From positions 1-32,838 of the forward strand of contig QHVP01000062.1 of assembly GCA_003222295.1 (NCBI GenBank): a stretch of 32,838 bases of DNA, given 5' to 3'. Below, one piece after another: positions 7,976 through 16,674 of this stretch (position 1 is the stretch's first letter; each line of letters opens with the position of its first letter). Source of the stretch: Acidobacteriota bacterium (GTDB lineage: Bacteria; Acidobacteriota; Vicinamibacteria; Fen-336). Both the position numbers and the translations under genes were made by a program. The notes beneath the pieces are model-generated. The model was not told the origin of the DNA, made no database searches, and saw only the letters and a list, made by a program, of their open reading frames with translations.

Positions 7976-10699
7976 CTAGAGCCCGAGGCGGCGCCGCACC
8001 GCGGCCGTGATCCGCTGGCGGACCGCCCCGTAGCCCTTCCAGGGATCCGCCTTCAACGACTCGAGCCGCGCGCGGATGTTGCCCACGTGGAACTGGTCCG
8101 CCTTGACCCCGCGCTGGAGCTCCTCCCAGGTGATGGGAGCGGACACGGGCGCACCCGGCCGCGCCCGCGTCGAGTAGGCCGCGACCGAGGTGTTGCCGCG
8201 GTTGTTGCGCAGGTAGTCGATCAGGATCCGGCCCCGCCGCTGCGCCTTGGGCATGGACGTCGTGTAGGCGCCGGGCTTCTCGCGCTCCATCTCCTCGGAG
8301 ATCGCGCGCGAGAAGGAGAACGACTCGTCCCAGGTCGAAGCGGGTCGCAAGGGCACCACGACGTGCAAGCCCTTTCCGCCCGTCGTCTTGACGAAGGACT
8401 CGAAAGAGAGCGCGCGCAGCCGCTCGCGCAAGGCCTGCGCGGCCACGGTGACGCGGTCCCAGCCCACGGAAGGATCGGGGTCGAGGTCGAAGACGACCCG
8501 GTCCGGCCCCTCGATGTCGTCGGCGAGGGCGTTCCAGGTGTGGATCTCCAGGATTCCCATCTGCACGAGCGAGACGAGACCCTGCAGGTCGTCCACCACG
8601 AGGTACTCGCCGACCTTCGTCTTTTCCTGGATCTTCACGCGGCGCAGCGCCTCCGGCGCCCACACGCCGCTGTGCTTCATGTAGAAGCAGCCCTTCTCCG
8701 CGCCCTCGGGGCAGCGCACGAGCGTGAGCGGCCGTCCCTTCACGTGCGGGAGGATCCAGTCCGCGATCGTCTCGTACAGGCGCGCGAGGTCCCGCTTCGT
8801 GATCCCTTGCGGCGGATAGAGCACGCGGCCGGCGTGGGTCAGCCGCACGCCGGCCACGACCTCCTCGCCGCCCGTCTTCGGCCCACGCTTCGCGCTCAGC
8901 TCTTGCCCCTCGCGTGACCGTGCGCGCGCGGGCCGCTTGGCCGGCAGGGCCGCCACCTCCGGCCCGTCCGCCTCCGGCGCGTCCGCCACGTCTTCCACGG
9001 GCCGCGGCCGCTCGTGTGTCACGTCCTTCGGGTTCTTGTCCTCGCGCAGGCCCTGGAACGACGGGTGGCGGAGCCGTCCGTCCGACGTCCACTCCGTGAA
9101 GGCCACCTCCGCCACGAGCTCCGGCCGCACCCAATGCGCGCGGGTGACGCCCGGAATCCGCGCCTGCTTGAAGGGCGAGGTCGGCTGCGCGCGCGCGGTC
9201 AGCTTCTTGCGCAGGTCGTCGAGGACCTTGGAGGTGAAGCCGGTGCCCACCTTCCCCGCGAACTCCAGATCGCCGCCGGCGTCGTAGACGCCCAGGAGCA
9301 AAGCGCCCAGGCCGACGCGCGAGCCTTCCGGGTCGGTGTAGCCGCCGATGACGAATTCCTGGCGGTGCAGGCACTTCACCTTGAGCCAGGAGCGCGATCG
9401 GCCCGGCTCGTACCGCGCATCGCGGCGCTTCGACACGATGCCTTCCACTCCCAGCGTGCAGGCCTGCTTGAAGAACTCCGCGCCCGATCCGGCCACGTGA
9501 TCGCTGTAGCGCAGGGGAGAGCCCGGCCGCGGCGTCCCGAGCACGTCCCGAAGCATCGTCTTGCGCTCCTCGAGCGGCGCCCCGGCGAGGGAGAGGCCCT
9601 CGAGGTGGATGAGGTCGAACAGGAAGTAGGCGAGCGGGCTCGGACCCTGGTCGGGGCCGGCGAGCGCGTTCTGCAGGGCCTGGAAGCTGGTCATCCCGCT
9701 CGGCAGCACCACCGCGACCTCGCCGTCGAGGAGCGCGGCTTTCGCCGGCAGCTCTTCGACCGCCGCGGCCACGGTGGGGAAGTGCGCGGTCCAATCCTTC
9801 CCGTTGCGGCTGAGGAGCCGTACGCGTCCGTCCTGGAGGCGGGCGAGGATCCGGTAGCCGTCGAACTTCATCTCGTGCAGCCACTCCGCGCCCTTCGGTG
9901 GCTCGTCGACGAGGGTGGCGAGCTGGGCCGCGATCCTGGCCGGCAGCGGTGCCCTCCGCGCGCCGGGCACGGCGGCGGCGGCCGCGGCCAGATCGCGGCG
10001 CGGCGTCGCGGGCGGGCGTGCCGGCGCGGGCACCGTCGTCTTCGCTTTCGTTCTCGCGACGCGGGCGGCGCGGGGCGACCGCGCCCGTGCCTCCGCCGCC
10101 ATACCGCGGTTCGAGTTCCAGACGCGGTCGCGGTCGGCCGCGATCTGCTCGAGCGTACGCCCGGTGGCCACGCTCTCCGGGCGGTCCTCGGTGATGCTGT
10201 ATACCTTCGACGAGCGCACCCGGTCGTCGCGCTCCTTGATCAGGAGCCAGGTCCTGCCCTCCTCCCGGGGATCGCGCCCCTTGATCCGGACCAGCGTCCA
10301 CTTGCCCTCGAGCTTCTCGCCGTCCAGGCGGAACTTGAGCGCGCCCTTCCGAAGGCCCTGATGCGGATCCTCCAGGGGCTCCCACGTCCCGCGGTCCCAG
10401 AGCAGGACGGTGCCCCCGCCGTACTGGCCCTCCGGGATGATCCCCTCGAAGTCGCCGTAGTCGATGGGATGGTCCTCGGTCATCATGGCCAGCCGCTTGT
10501 CCGCGGGATCGAGGCTGGGCCCTTTGGGGACCGCCCAGCTCTTGAGGACCCCTTCCATCTCGAGGCGGAAGTCGTAATGGAGCCGCGAGGCCGCGTGCTT
10601 CTGGATCACGAAGGACCGCCCCTCACGTTTGGACTCCTCACCCTTCGGTTCGGGCGTGATCGCGAAGTCCCGCTTGCGGTGATACTCGCGCAGTCCCAT
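7976..10699 (-). CDS. ligD: DNA ligase D (NHEJ), with phosphoesterase, ligase and polymerase domains
   Basis: PE domain: YHRKRDF, FVIQKHAASRLHYDFRLE, SWAVPKGPS. Ligase: EMKFDGYR, EGIVSKR, WLKVK, LRHPSFQGLREDK. Polymerase: VRCPEG, FDLDP, KTTGGKGLHV, IDYLRN, AYSTRAR. ATG at 10699 with AGGAGG RBS. Confidence 0.97.
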   Translation of the reverse strand: MGLREYHRKRDFAITPEPKGEESKREGRSFVIQKHAASRLHYDFRLEMEGVLKSWAVPKGPSLDPADKRLAMMTEDHPIDYGDFEGIIPEGQYGGGTVLLWDRGTWEPLEDPHQGLRKGALKFRLDGEKLEGKWTLVRIKGRDPREEGRTWLLIKERDDRVRSSKVYSITEDRPESVATGRTLEQIAADRDRVWNSNRGMAAEARARSPRAARVARTKAKTTVPAPARPPATPRRDLAAAAAAVPGARRAPLPARIAAQLATLVDEPPKGAEWLHEMKFDGYRILARLQDGRVRLLSRNGKDWTAHFPTVAAAVEELPAKAALLDGEVAVVLPSGMTSFQALQNALAGPDQGPSPLAYFLFDLIHLEGLSLAGAPLEERKTMLRDVLGTPRPGSPLRYSDHVAGSGAEFFKQACTLGVEGIVSKRRDARYEPGRSRSWLKVKCLHRQEFVIGGYTDPEGSRVGLGALLLGVYDAGGDLEFAGKVGTGFTSKVLDDLRKKLTARAQPTSPFKQARIPGVTRAHWVRPELVAEVAFTEWTSDGRLRHPSFQGLREDKNPKDVTHERPRPVEDVADAPEADGPEVAALPAKRPARARSREGQELSAKRGPKTGGEEVVAGVRLTHAGRVLYPPQGITKRDLARLYETIADWILPHVKGRPLTLVRCPEGAEKGCFYMKHSGVWAPEALRRVKIQEKTKVGEYLVVDDLQGLVSLVQMGILEIHTWNALADDIEGPDRVVFDLDPDPSVGWDRVTVAAQALRERLRALSFESFVKTTGGKGLHVVVPLRPASTWDESFSFSRAISEEMEREKPGAYTTSMPKAQRRGRILIDYLRNNRGNTSVAAYSTRARPGAPVSAPITWEELQRGVKADQFHVGNIRARLESLKADPWKGYGAVRQRITAAVRRRLGL

Positions 10700-10716
10700 C
10701 GAGGCCTCCTCTGATG

Positions 10717-10762
10717 ATGGTAGCGCGGCGTCTTGACATCTGCCGCGGCCCGACCCTACGCT
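10717..10762. promoter_or_regulatory. Overlapping divergent promoters for ligD and the cNMP-binding gene
   Basis: Plus strand TTGACA(10733)-N18-TACGCT(10757); minus strand -10-like TACCAT at 10722-10717, just upstream of the ligD RBS. Confidence 0.55.
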
Positions 10763-10784
10763 GCGTTTCTTCCAGGAGGCCCGC

Positions 10785-11618
10785 GTGCTCGATTGGTTCG
10801 GGGGAGAGGCGACCGTCCCCGAGCTCATCCAGCGCAAGAAGTACGGCAAGGCGGAGCGGCTGCTGCGGAAGGAGTTCGAGGCCGGCCGGCGCGATGCCGA
10901 GCTCCGGTTGCAGCTCGCCGACGTGATCGCGCTGGCCGGACGAGGCGGAGAAGCCGTCCCGATCTACATCGGGCTCGCCGACGAGCTCGCGCGCAGCGGC
11001 CACGCGCCGAAGGCGATTGCCGTCCTCAAGAAGCTCGAGCGCATCGTGCCCGGCCGGGGCGACGTGGCCGACCGGATGGCCGCGCTCATCGGCGACCACG
11101 GCGCGGGTGCGGCCACCGAGGTGCCCCCGGTCCCGGAGTTGGCGCCGGACGCGGCCGCCGCCACCGATACCGCGCCCGCCGCACCGGCCGCAATCGATCC
11201 GGCCTTCTCCAGCCCGCTGTTCGGAGACTTCTCGCGAGAGGACCTGCGGGCGGTGATCCGCGGCCTCCGCTTCCTGACCTTCGAGCCCGGCGACATCATC
11301 GTCGGCGACGCCGAGCCCGGCGACAGCCTGTTCGTGATCAGCAGCGGCCGCGTCAAGGCGTTCGTGAAGGGGGCGGAGGGCCGCTATCGCGAGGCGCGCG
11401 AGATGGGGGAGGGGGACTTCTTCGGCGAGATCGCGCTCCTCCACGGCAAGCCGCGCACGGCCACGGTCACGGCGGCGGAGAGCTGCGAGCTGCTCGAGCT
11501 CGAGCGCGAGATGGTGGAGTCGCTGGCCGCGACGCGTCCGCACGTGCGCGAAGTGCTGCACTCATTCTGCAACGCGAGGAACGTGTCCGAGTCACCGAAC
11601 GTCGAGTCTCGCTCCTAG
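10785..11618 (+). CDS. TPR-like + cyclic-nucleotide-binding domain protein (short-linker paralog of 5310-6731)
   Basis: GTG start after AGGAGG; LRLQLADV and KAIAVLKK shared with the paralog; FFGEIALLHGKPRTATV. Confidence 0.87.
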   Translation: MLDWFGGEATVPELIQRKKYGKAERLLRKEFEAGRRDAELRLQLADVIALAGRGGEAVPIYIGLADELARSGHAPKAIAVLKKLERIVPGRGDVADRMAALIGDHGAGAATEVPPVPELAPDAAAATDTAPAAPAAIDPAFSSPLFGDFSREDLRAVIRGLRFLTFEPGDIIVGDAEPGDSLFVISSGRVKAFVKGAEGRYREAREMGEGDFFGEIALLHGKPRTATVTAAESCELLELEREMVESLAATRPHVREVLHSFCNARNVSESPNVESRS

Positions 11619-11878
11619 CTCTGCGTCTTCGAGTTGCGCATCGGTCGGGCCGTGCGGTCCGAGACCTCGCTCGAGATGAACTCGTCGCGGCGGCCGCCCG
11701 CGTCTCGTGGCGTGCTCTCCGGGCCCTGGCCCGAGCCCGTGCGATCGTCCCGGTCCGTGTCCGTCGGACGCTCGCCGATGCTCTCTACGCTGGCTTCCTG
11801 GGACACGTGTGACGCGGGCGGCGCCGGCGCCGTGCGACCCGCCCGCTCGTCTTTGGCCTCGTGCGTTCGATCTGCCAT
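11615..11878 (-). CDS. Small hydrophilic, probably disordered protein (87 aa)
   Basis: ATG at 11878 with GGAGG RBS; MADRTHEAKDERAG...; rich in D/E/R/S/T/G; lies downstream of the permease on the same strand. Confidence 0.55.
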   Translation of the reverse strand: MADRTHEAKDERAGRTAPAPPASHVSQEASVESIGERPTDTDRDDRTGSGQGPESTPRDAGGRRDEFISSEVSDRTARPMRNSKTQS

Positions 11879-11919
11879 GGCGTGTGCCTCCGGCCGGACC
11901 CCTGCAACCGCCGTGCCGC

Positions 11920-12381
11920 TCACGTCTTGCGTCGGCGCGCCTTGAGCTCGTGGCGACGCTCGGCTTCTTCGATGGAGTGGGACTCGGTGGTTTCCGCCAT
12001 CTCCTTGGCCCTCTTCGCCAGGAGCTGATAATGCTCCCGTAGGATTCGTAGCTCTTCGCTGTTCAGATCCTCGACGCTGATCAGTCGGTTGCTGGCGCCC
12101 TCCAGCGCGGCCACCAGCTCGTTGAGCTTGAGCTGGATGGCCAGGCCGTCCTTGTTCTGCGTCTGCTGGATCAGGAACACCATGAGGAACGTGACGATGG
12201 TCGTCCCGGTGTTGATCACCAGCTGCCAGGTGTTCGAGAAGTGGAACAGGGGGCCCGTGATCGCCCAGACCAGGATGATCCCGAGCGCGACTGTGAAGGC
12301 AGGGACGCTCCCCGTGAACCACGTCGCGGCGGAGGCAAAGCGCTCGAAGACACGAGCGGGGGACTTGTCGTGATGAGCCAT
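11920..12381 (-). CDS. Low-affinity iron permease (Fet4-like, Iron_permease) family protein
   Basis: Signature WAITGPLFHFSNTWQLVINTGTTIVTFLMVFLIQQTQNKD..AIQLKLNEL; AGGAGG RBS. Confidence 0.92.
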   Translation of the reverse strand: MAHHDKSPARVFERFASAATWFTGSVPAFTVALGIILVWAITGPLFHFSNTWQLVINTGTTIVTFLMVFLIQQTQNKDGLAIQLKLNELVAALEGASNRLISVEDLNSEELRILREHYQLLAKRAKEMAETTESHSIEEAERRHELKARRRKT

Positions 12382-12453
12382 GGACCTCCTCGACTTTGGA
12401 CCATCGTTACACGATGATGTCGCATGGACATGGAGGCACAGCGCTTTACGTGC

Positions 12454-12469
12454 TGGCCTGGGACTTGCA
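12454..12469 (+). promoter_or_regulatory. Sigma-54 (-24/-12) promoter
   Basis: TGGCCTGGGACTTGCA, with GG(12455-56)-N10-GC(12467-68). Confidence 0.55.
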
Positions 12470-12482
12470 AAAGCCAGTCGCC

Positions 12483-12947
12483 GTGACGAAGGGGCTCCGG
12501 CTCGACGGCGTCCGGGTGTTGCTGGTCGAGGACGACGAGGACACGCGCGAAGTCCTCACGCTGGGCCTGGAGCTGCAGGGGGCGACGGTGCGGGCCGTGG
12601 GATCGGCAAAGGACGCGCTCCTGGCCGTGGACGGCTTCCTGCCCCACGTCATCCTCAGCGACATCGGGCTTCCTGACGAGGATGGGCTGTCCCTGATCCG
12701 GAAGCTGCGAAAGCTCCCCGCCTCGCGTGGCCGCATTCCCGCCGCCGCGGTCACGGCCTTCACCCTGAGCGACGACGGCCAGGAGCCGATCCGCGCCGGT
12801 TTCCAGCGGCATTTCCGCAAGCCCGTGGAGACGCGGACGCTGTTCGACGCCGTCGCCGAGCTGGCCGCCCTGGGGTTCGTCGAGCGTCGCGCGCGCGACC
12901 GAGAGGCGGCCCCCCCGATGGATCGTCGCGACAGCCTCGGCCGCTAG
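12483..12947 (+). CDS. Single-domain response regulator (receiver domain)
   Basis: VLLVEDDED, ILSDIGLPDEDG, AVTAF and FRKPV. The start is uncertain; GTG 12483 was chosen because it follows the sigma-54 site. Confidence 0.85.
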   Translation: MTKGLRLDGVRVLLVEDDEDTREVLTLGLELQGATVRAVGSAKDALLAVDGFLPHVILSDIGLPDEDGLSLIRKLRKLPASRGRIPAAAVTAFTLSDDGQEPIRAGFQRHFRKPVETRTLFDAVAELAALGFVERRARDREAAPPMDRRDSLGR

Positions 12948-13171
12948 GACAATCCCGCGGCCCAGGGGGGGCGGAAAGGGACGGCGCGGCGCGCGAACAG
13001 CCGGAGGAATTCCTCGTCCGTCAGTCCGTCGGCACCGGACAGGTGGCGCTCGATCGCGGAGGCGAGGTCGAGCGGCTTCCGCGGGGCGGGGGGGCAGGGA
13101 TTGCTCCACGCGAGCCTCAGATGCGAGGGCCGAGGGGTGTCCGACACGAACTCCGAGGTCTCGCCGCTCAT
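12944..13171 (-). CDS. Small hypothetical protein (75 aa)
   Basis: HLRLAWSNP..PRKPLDLASAIERHLSGADGLTDEEFLRLF reads as protein-like. An extended -10 (TGcTACGGT) lies 8 nt before the ATG at 13171. Confidence 0.55.
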   Translation of the reverse strand: MSGETSEFVSDTPRPSHLRLAWSNPCPPAPRKPLDLASAIERHLSGADGLTDEEFLRLFARRAVPFRPPWAAGLS

Positions 13172-13276
13172 CCGGCAGTACCGTAGCATCCGGCCCCGTC
13201 CTCGCAGGTCCACTCGAATCCACCGCTTGGCTTGGGCCGGCGCCTTGGGCGCGCGCCGTTCCCGCCCGCCCCGCCT

Positions 13277-13292
13277 TGGCATTGGTCTTGCT
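13277..13292 (+). promoter_or_regulatory. Sigma-54 (-24/-12) promoter
   Basis: TGGCATTGGTCTTGCT, with GG(13278-79)-N10-GC(13290-91); near consensus. Confidence 0.7.
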
Positions 13293-13315
13293 AAATGATG
13301 GCCAGACGCCAGGGG

Positions 13316-13338
13316 CACCGTGGGGTCCGACCCCGGTG
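13316..13338. repeat. GGGGTC-C-GACCCC palindrome/hairpin immediately before an RBS
   Basis: CACC-GT-GGGGTC-C-GACCCC-GGTG is read directly from the sequence. Confidence 0.6.
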
Positions 13339-13350
13339 AGGAGGTCAACG

Positions 13351-13629
13351 ATGAGCAGCCAGACCCGGTCCGACGGCCGGCCGGTCCCCCGCTCCAGCGA
13401 GCTTGATGGCGCGCTCCGCGACGCCGTCGAGGACTTCGCCCGACACTCCCGCAAGAATTCCGAGGCGATCGAGGTGATCGTCCACGCTTTGAAAGCCGTG
13501 CACCAGGATCTGCAGGAAGAGAAGGAACGTTCGCAGATCCTCGAAGCGCGCGTCAGGAAGGCGGAGGACGGGCTCCTGGACCTGGCCCGGGTCGTGGACG
13601 CCTGGCGGCGCCAAGGGTGGGTTCAGTAA
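13351..13629 (+). CDS. Small coiled-coil hypothetical protein (92 aa)
   Basis: GAGGAGG RBS, ATG at 13351; heptad-like LKAVHQDLQEEKERSQILEARVRKAEDGL. Confidence 0.7.
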   Translation: MSSQTRSDGRPVPRSSELDGALRDAVEDFARHSRKNSEAIEVIVHALKAVHQDLQEEKERSQILEARVRKAEDGLLDLARVVDAWRRQGWVQ

Positions 13630-13630
13630 C

Positions 13631-13906
13631 CTACCAGAGCTCTCCGAGCGAGTCGTACAACAGCTTCACCGACGACGTGATGATCGCCCAGGCGGCCAGG
13701 ACGGCGCTCGGCTCGCGGGCCCCGGCCAGGGTGAGGCCCAGGACGGCCGCCGCCGAGAGAGCCAGCATCGTCCGCGTCACGGAGTCGGCGCGCAGCACCT
13801 TCAGCGACGGCCACGGCGTCAGGTCGGCCACGTACCCCAGGAGGAGAACGGCGCTCCACGCCACTGCCCACGAATCCACGAAGATCCGGATCTGTTCGCT
13901 CCCCAC
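13631..13906 (-). CDS. Small membrane protein (about 3 TM, 91 aa)
   Basis: GGAGG RBS then GTG; hydrophobic segments. Confidence 0.6.
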   Translation of the reverse strand: MGSEQIRIFVDSWAVAWSAVLLLGYVADLTPWPSLKVLRADSVTRTMLALSAAAVLGLTLAGAREPSAVLAAWAIITSSVKLLYDSLGELW

Positions 13907-14022
13907 TCACTCCTCCGCCGGTCGTCGCCGCCGGAGCGGCGGCATACCCTACCACAGGTTGCGCCTCGTCCCCACCATCGGTGCCTGCCGCGCGGCGTAG
14001 TGCGCTTTTGACTAGTATTGAA

Positions 14023-14814
14023 ATGATGATGACGAAGAGAGCGCCCGGTCTGGTGCGGGCCATCGGTGGCGTGGGCGCGACGGTGGCCCGGCATGCGGGC
14101 GGGATGGGCATCCTGGCCTGGCGCACGCTGGCCGCCCTCGTCCGGGGACAGGTTTCGCTGCGCGACTTCACCGGACAGCTCTTCGCGATGGGGGTCCAGA
14201 GCCTGCCCCTCGTCCTCGTGACGTCGGTCCTTTCCGGCATCGTCACGTCACAGCAGGGCGGCTACCAGTTCACCGGCTCGATTCCGCTCTACGTGCTCGG
14301 CAGCGTCGTGACCTCGAGCGTCGTCCTCGAGCTTGGTCCGGTCCTGACCGCCGTCGTCGTGATCGGCCGCGTCGGGGCCCGCATCACGGCCGAGCTCGGC
14401 ACCATGCAGGTCTCGGAGCAGATCGACGCGCTGTACTCGCTGGGACGCGATCCGGTGAAGGTGCTGGCCGCGCCACGCATCCTCGCCGGGATGCCGGCCA
14501 TGGTCCTCCTCGTCGGGATCTCCAACCTCGTCGGGGTGCTGGCGGGAATGCTGGCCGCCCGCCTGACCGTCGGCCTCGGCCATGCGACGTTCTTCTACGG
14601 TGCGCGCCTCTTCTGGCACAGCTACGACTTCTTCTACTCCGAGATGAAGGCCTGGGCCTTCGGCCTGCTCATCCCGCTCATCTCCGTCCACATGGGACTC
14701 CTGACCCGGGGGGGCGCGGAAGGCGTGGGCCGGTCCACCACCGCCTCCGTGGTCTTCATGATCATCGCCGTGCTGGTGTGCGATGCGCTCTTCCCGCCGC
14801 TCTTCTTGAACTAG
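14023..14814 (+). CDS. mlaE: MlaE-family ABC transporter permease
   Basis: GVQSLPLV, ELGPVLTAVVVIGRVGARITAELGTMQVSEQIDAL and GGAEGVGRSTTASVV. The start is one of three tandem ATGs (14023/14026/14029). Confidence 0.95.
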   Translation: MMMTKRAPGLVRAIGGVGATVARHAGGMGILAWRTLAALVRGQVSLRDFTGQLFAMGVQSLPLVLVTSVLSGIVTSQQGGYQFTGSIPLYVLGSVVTSSVVLELGPVLTAVVVIGRVGARITAELGTMQVSEQIDALYSLGRDPVKVLAAPRILAGMPAMVLLVGISNLVGVLAGMLAARLTVGLGHATFFYGARLFWHSYDFFYSEMKAWAFGLLIPLISVHMGLLTRGGAEGVGRSTTASVVFMIIAVLVCDALFPPLFLN

Positions 14815-14816
14815 GA

Positions 14817-15623
14817 ATGATCGAATACCGCGACGTCTACAAGGCGTTCGACGTGCCCGTGCTCTCCGGGGTCAGCTTCACCGTGGAAACGGGCGAGACC
14901 CTGGCCATCCTCGGACCGTCCGGCACGGGCAAGAGCGTCCTCCTGAAAACGACGATCGGCCTCATCGTACCCGACGCGGGCGACGTCTTCATCGACGGGC
15001 AGTCCGTGTTCGCCGCGGACGCCAATCAGCTCCAGACCCTCCGCCGGAAGGCCGGCTACGTGTTCCAGAACGCCGCCCTCTTCGATTCCATGAACGTGTT
15101 CGAGAACGTGGCCTACGGATTGCCGGAGGGGGCGCTCAAGAAGCTGGGCCGCCGCGAGGTGACGCGCCGGGTCGCGCGCTCGCTGGAAGAGGTCAACCTC
15201 GATCCTTCCGTCGTGCTCACCAAGCTGCCCGCGGAGCTCTCGGGCGGCATGCGCAAGCGCGTCGGCCTGGCTCGCGCCATCGTGGGCGAGCCCCAGATCC
15301 TGCTCTACGACGAGCCGGTGACCGGCCTCGATCCCGTCAACGCGGTGGCGGTGGACCGGCTGATCACGGACATCGCGGAACGCACGCACGTCACGTCGAT
15401 CGTGGTGACCCACGACGTCGAGGGGGCGCTCTCCATCTCCGACCGCGTGTCCCTGCTCGAGGGGGGCAAGCTGCGCTTCCTCGGCACTCCGGACGAGTTC
15501 CGCCGCAGCGCCGACCCCCTGGTGCGTGCCTTCGCCGACCGGCAGGCGGCGGTGGAAGCGGCGCTGGCCGGCTCCGCTCGGTCCAGTCGCATGGCCGATG
15601 CCAAGACGCCCGTCCTCCCGTGA
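14817..15623 (+). CDS. mlaF: MlaF-family ABC transporter ATP-binding protein
   Basis: GPSGTGKS, VFQNAALFDSMNVFENV, LSGGMRKRVGLARA, LLYDEPVTGLDP and VTHD. Confidence 0.95.
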   Translation: MIEYRDVYKAFDVPVLSGVSFTVETGETLAILGPSGTGKSVLLKTTIGLIVPDAGDVFIDGQSVFAADANQLQTLRRKAGYVFQNAALFDSMNVFENVAYGLPEGALKKLGRREVTRRVARSLEEVNLDPSVVLTKLPAELSGGMRKRVGLARAIVGEPQILLYDEPVTGLDPVNAVAVDRLITDIAERTHVTSIVVTHDVEGALSISDRVSLLEGGKLRFLGTPDEFRRSADPLVRAFADRQAAVEAALAGSARSSRMADAKTPVLP

Positions 15624-15662
15624 GCCCGATGTCCTTCGACGTGCAACCTGGAGGCACTCCCG

Positions 15663-16649
15663 ATGGCCGAACCTGACGACCGGCCCGAGCGGCAAGAAGA
15701 CGAGGAGGAGCCGCCCGTCGCGCCACCTTCGCACGGCGCAGACCAGGCGGTGTGGGTGGGCTTCTTCCTGGTGGTCGGGATCATCGCGATCTTCGCCGCC
15801 CTCTTCATCCTGACCGACGCCGCGCTCTTCCGCGGGCGCTACATCGTGAGCACCGTCGTCACTGATGCGGGCGGCATCCGCCGCGGCGACCCCGTGCAGA
15901 TGCGCGGCGTCAATATCGGGCGCGTGCAGCGGTTCAGGATCGCGAAGGACAACGTGGAGATCCGGCTGGAGCTGGAAGGCGAGTACGACGTGCCCAAGGA
16001 CTCCCACGTCGAGCTCAAGTCCGGAGGCCTGCTCGGAGGCACGGTCGCCGACATCGTCCCCGGCGACTCCACGGAGTACCTCCGCAACGGCGACCGCATC
16101 GACGGGCGCACGGTGCCCGGCCTGTTCGACGCCGCCAACCGCGTGGCCGGCCAGGTCGAGAAGGTGATGGGCCAGGTCGACAAGCTCATGACCGACGCCA
16201 CGGTGCGGAACTTCTCGGCCACGGCGGAGAACGCGCAGGTGGCCAGCCGGGACATGCGGAAGCTCATCCTGGACGTCTCGACGGCGGTGGGGGAGCAGCG
16301 CAAGACGCTCTCGACGCTGGAAGGCAGCCTCCAGCGCTCGGCGGGCGGCCTGGAAAAGGTCGCGAACGGGCCCGAGCTGGACCGCGCCATGAAGCGCCTC
16401 GATACGCTCGGGGAGCGCATGGACACGGTGACGGCGTCCCTCCAACGCTCCGCCCAGTCCGTGGAGACGATGAGCTCGCGCGCGGCGAAGGGCGAGGGCA
16501 GCCTCGGCAAGCTGATGACGGACGACGAGCTCTACCGGCGGCTCAACGAGGCCGTGAACAACATGAACCAGGCGACGCAGAGCATGAACCGCCTGGCCGA
16601 GGACATCCAGAAGAACCCGAGGAAGTACATCAACCTGAAGGTGTTCTGA
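15663..16649 (+). CDS. mlaD: MlaD/MCE-domain protein with long helical tail
   Basis: TM anchor, AGGIRRGDPVQMRGVNIGRV, GLLGG, GEGSLGKLMTDDELY and DIQKNPRKYI. Confidence 0.93.
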   Translation: MAEPDDRPERQEDEEEPPVAPPSHGADQAVWVGFFLVVGIIAIFAALFILTDAALFRGRYIVSTVVTDAGGIRRGDPVQMRGVNIGRVQRFRIAKDNVEIRLELEGEYDVPKDSHVELKSGGLLGGTVADIVPGDSTEYLRNGDRIDGRTVPGLFDAANRVAGQVEKVMGQVDKLMTDATVRNFSATAENAQVASRDMRKLILDVSTAVGEQRKTLSTLEGSLQRSAGGLEKVANGPELDRAMKRLDTLGERMDTVTASLQRSAQSVETMSSRAAKGEGSLGKLMTDDELYRRLNEAVNNMNQATQSMNRLAEDIQKNPRKYINLKVF

Positions 16650-16674
16650 GTCTTCCGTAGCGCGGCCAGACCGG

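Noticed and set aside
6804-10385. 1193-aa ORF that appears to fuse a long N-terminus to DmpA
   Set aside because: The first ~810 aa are an Arg/Ala/Gly-rich off-frame shadow of ligD in high-GC DNA; dmpA has its own RBS and signal peptide at 7958.
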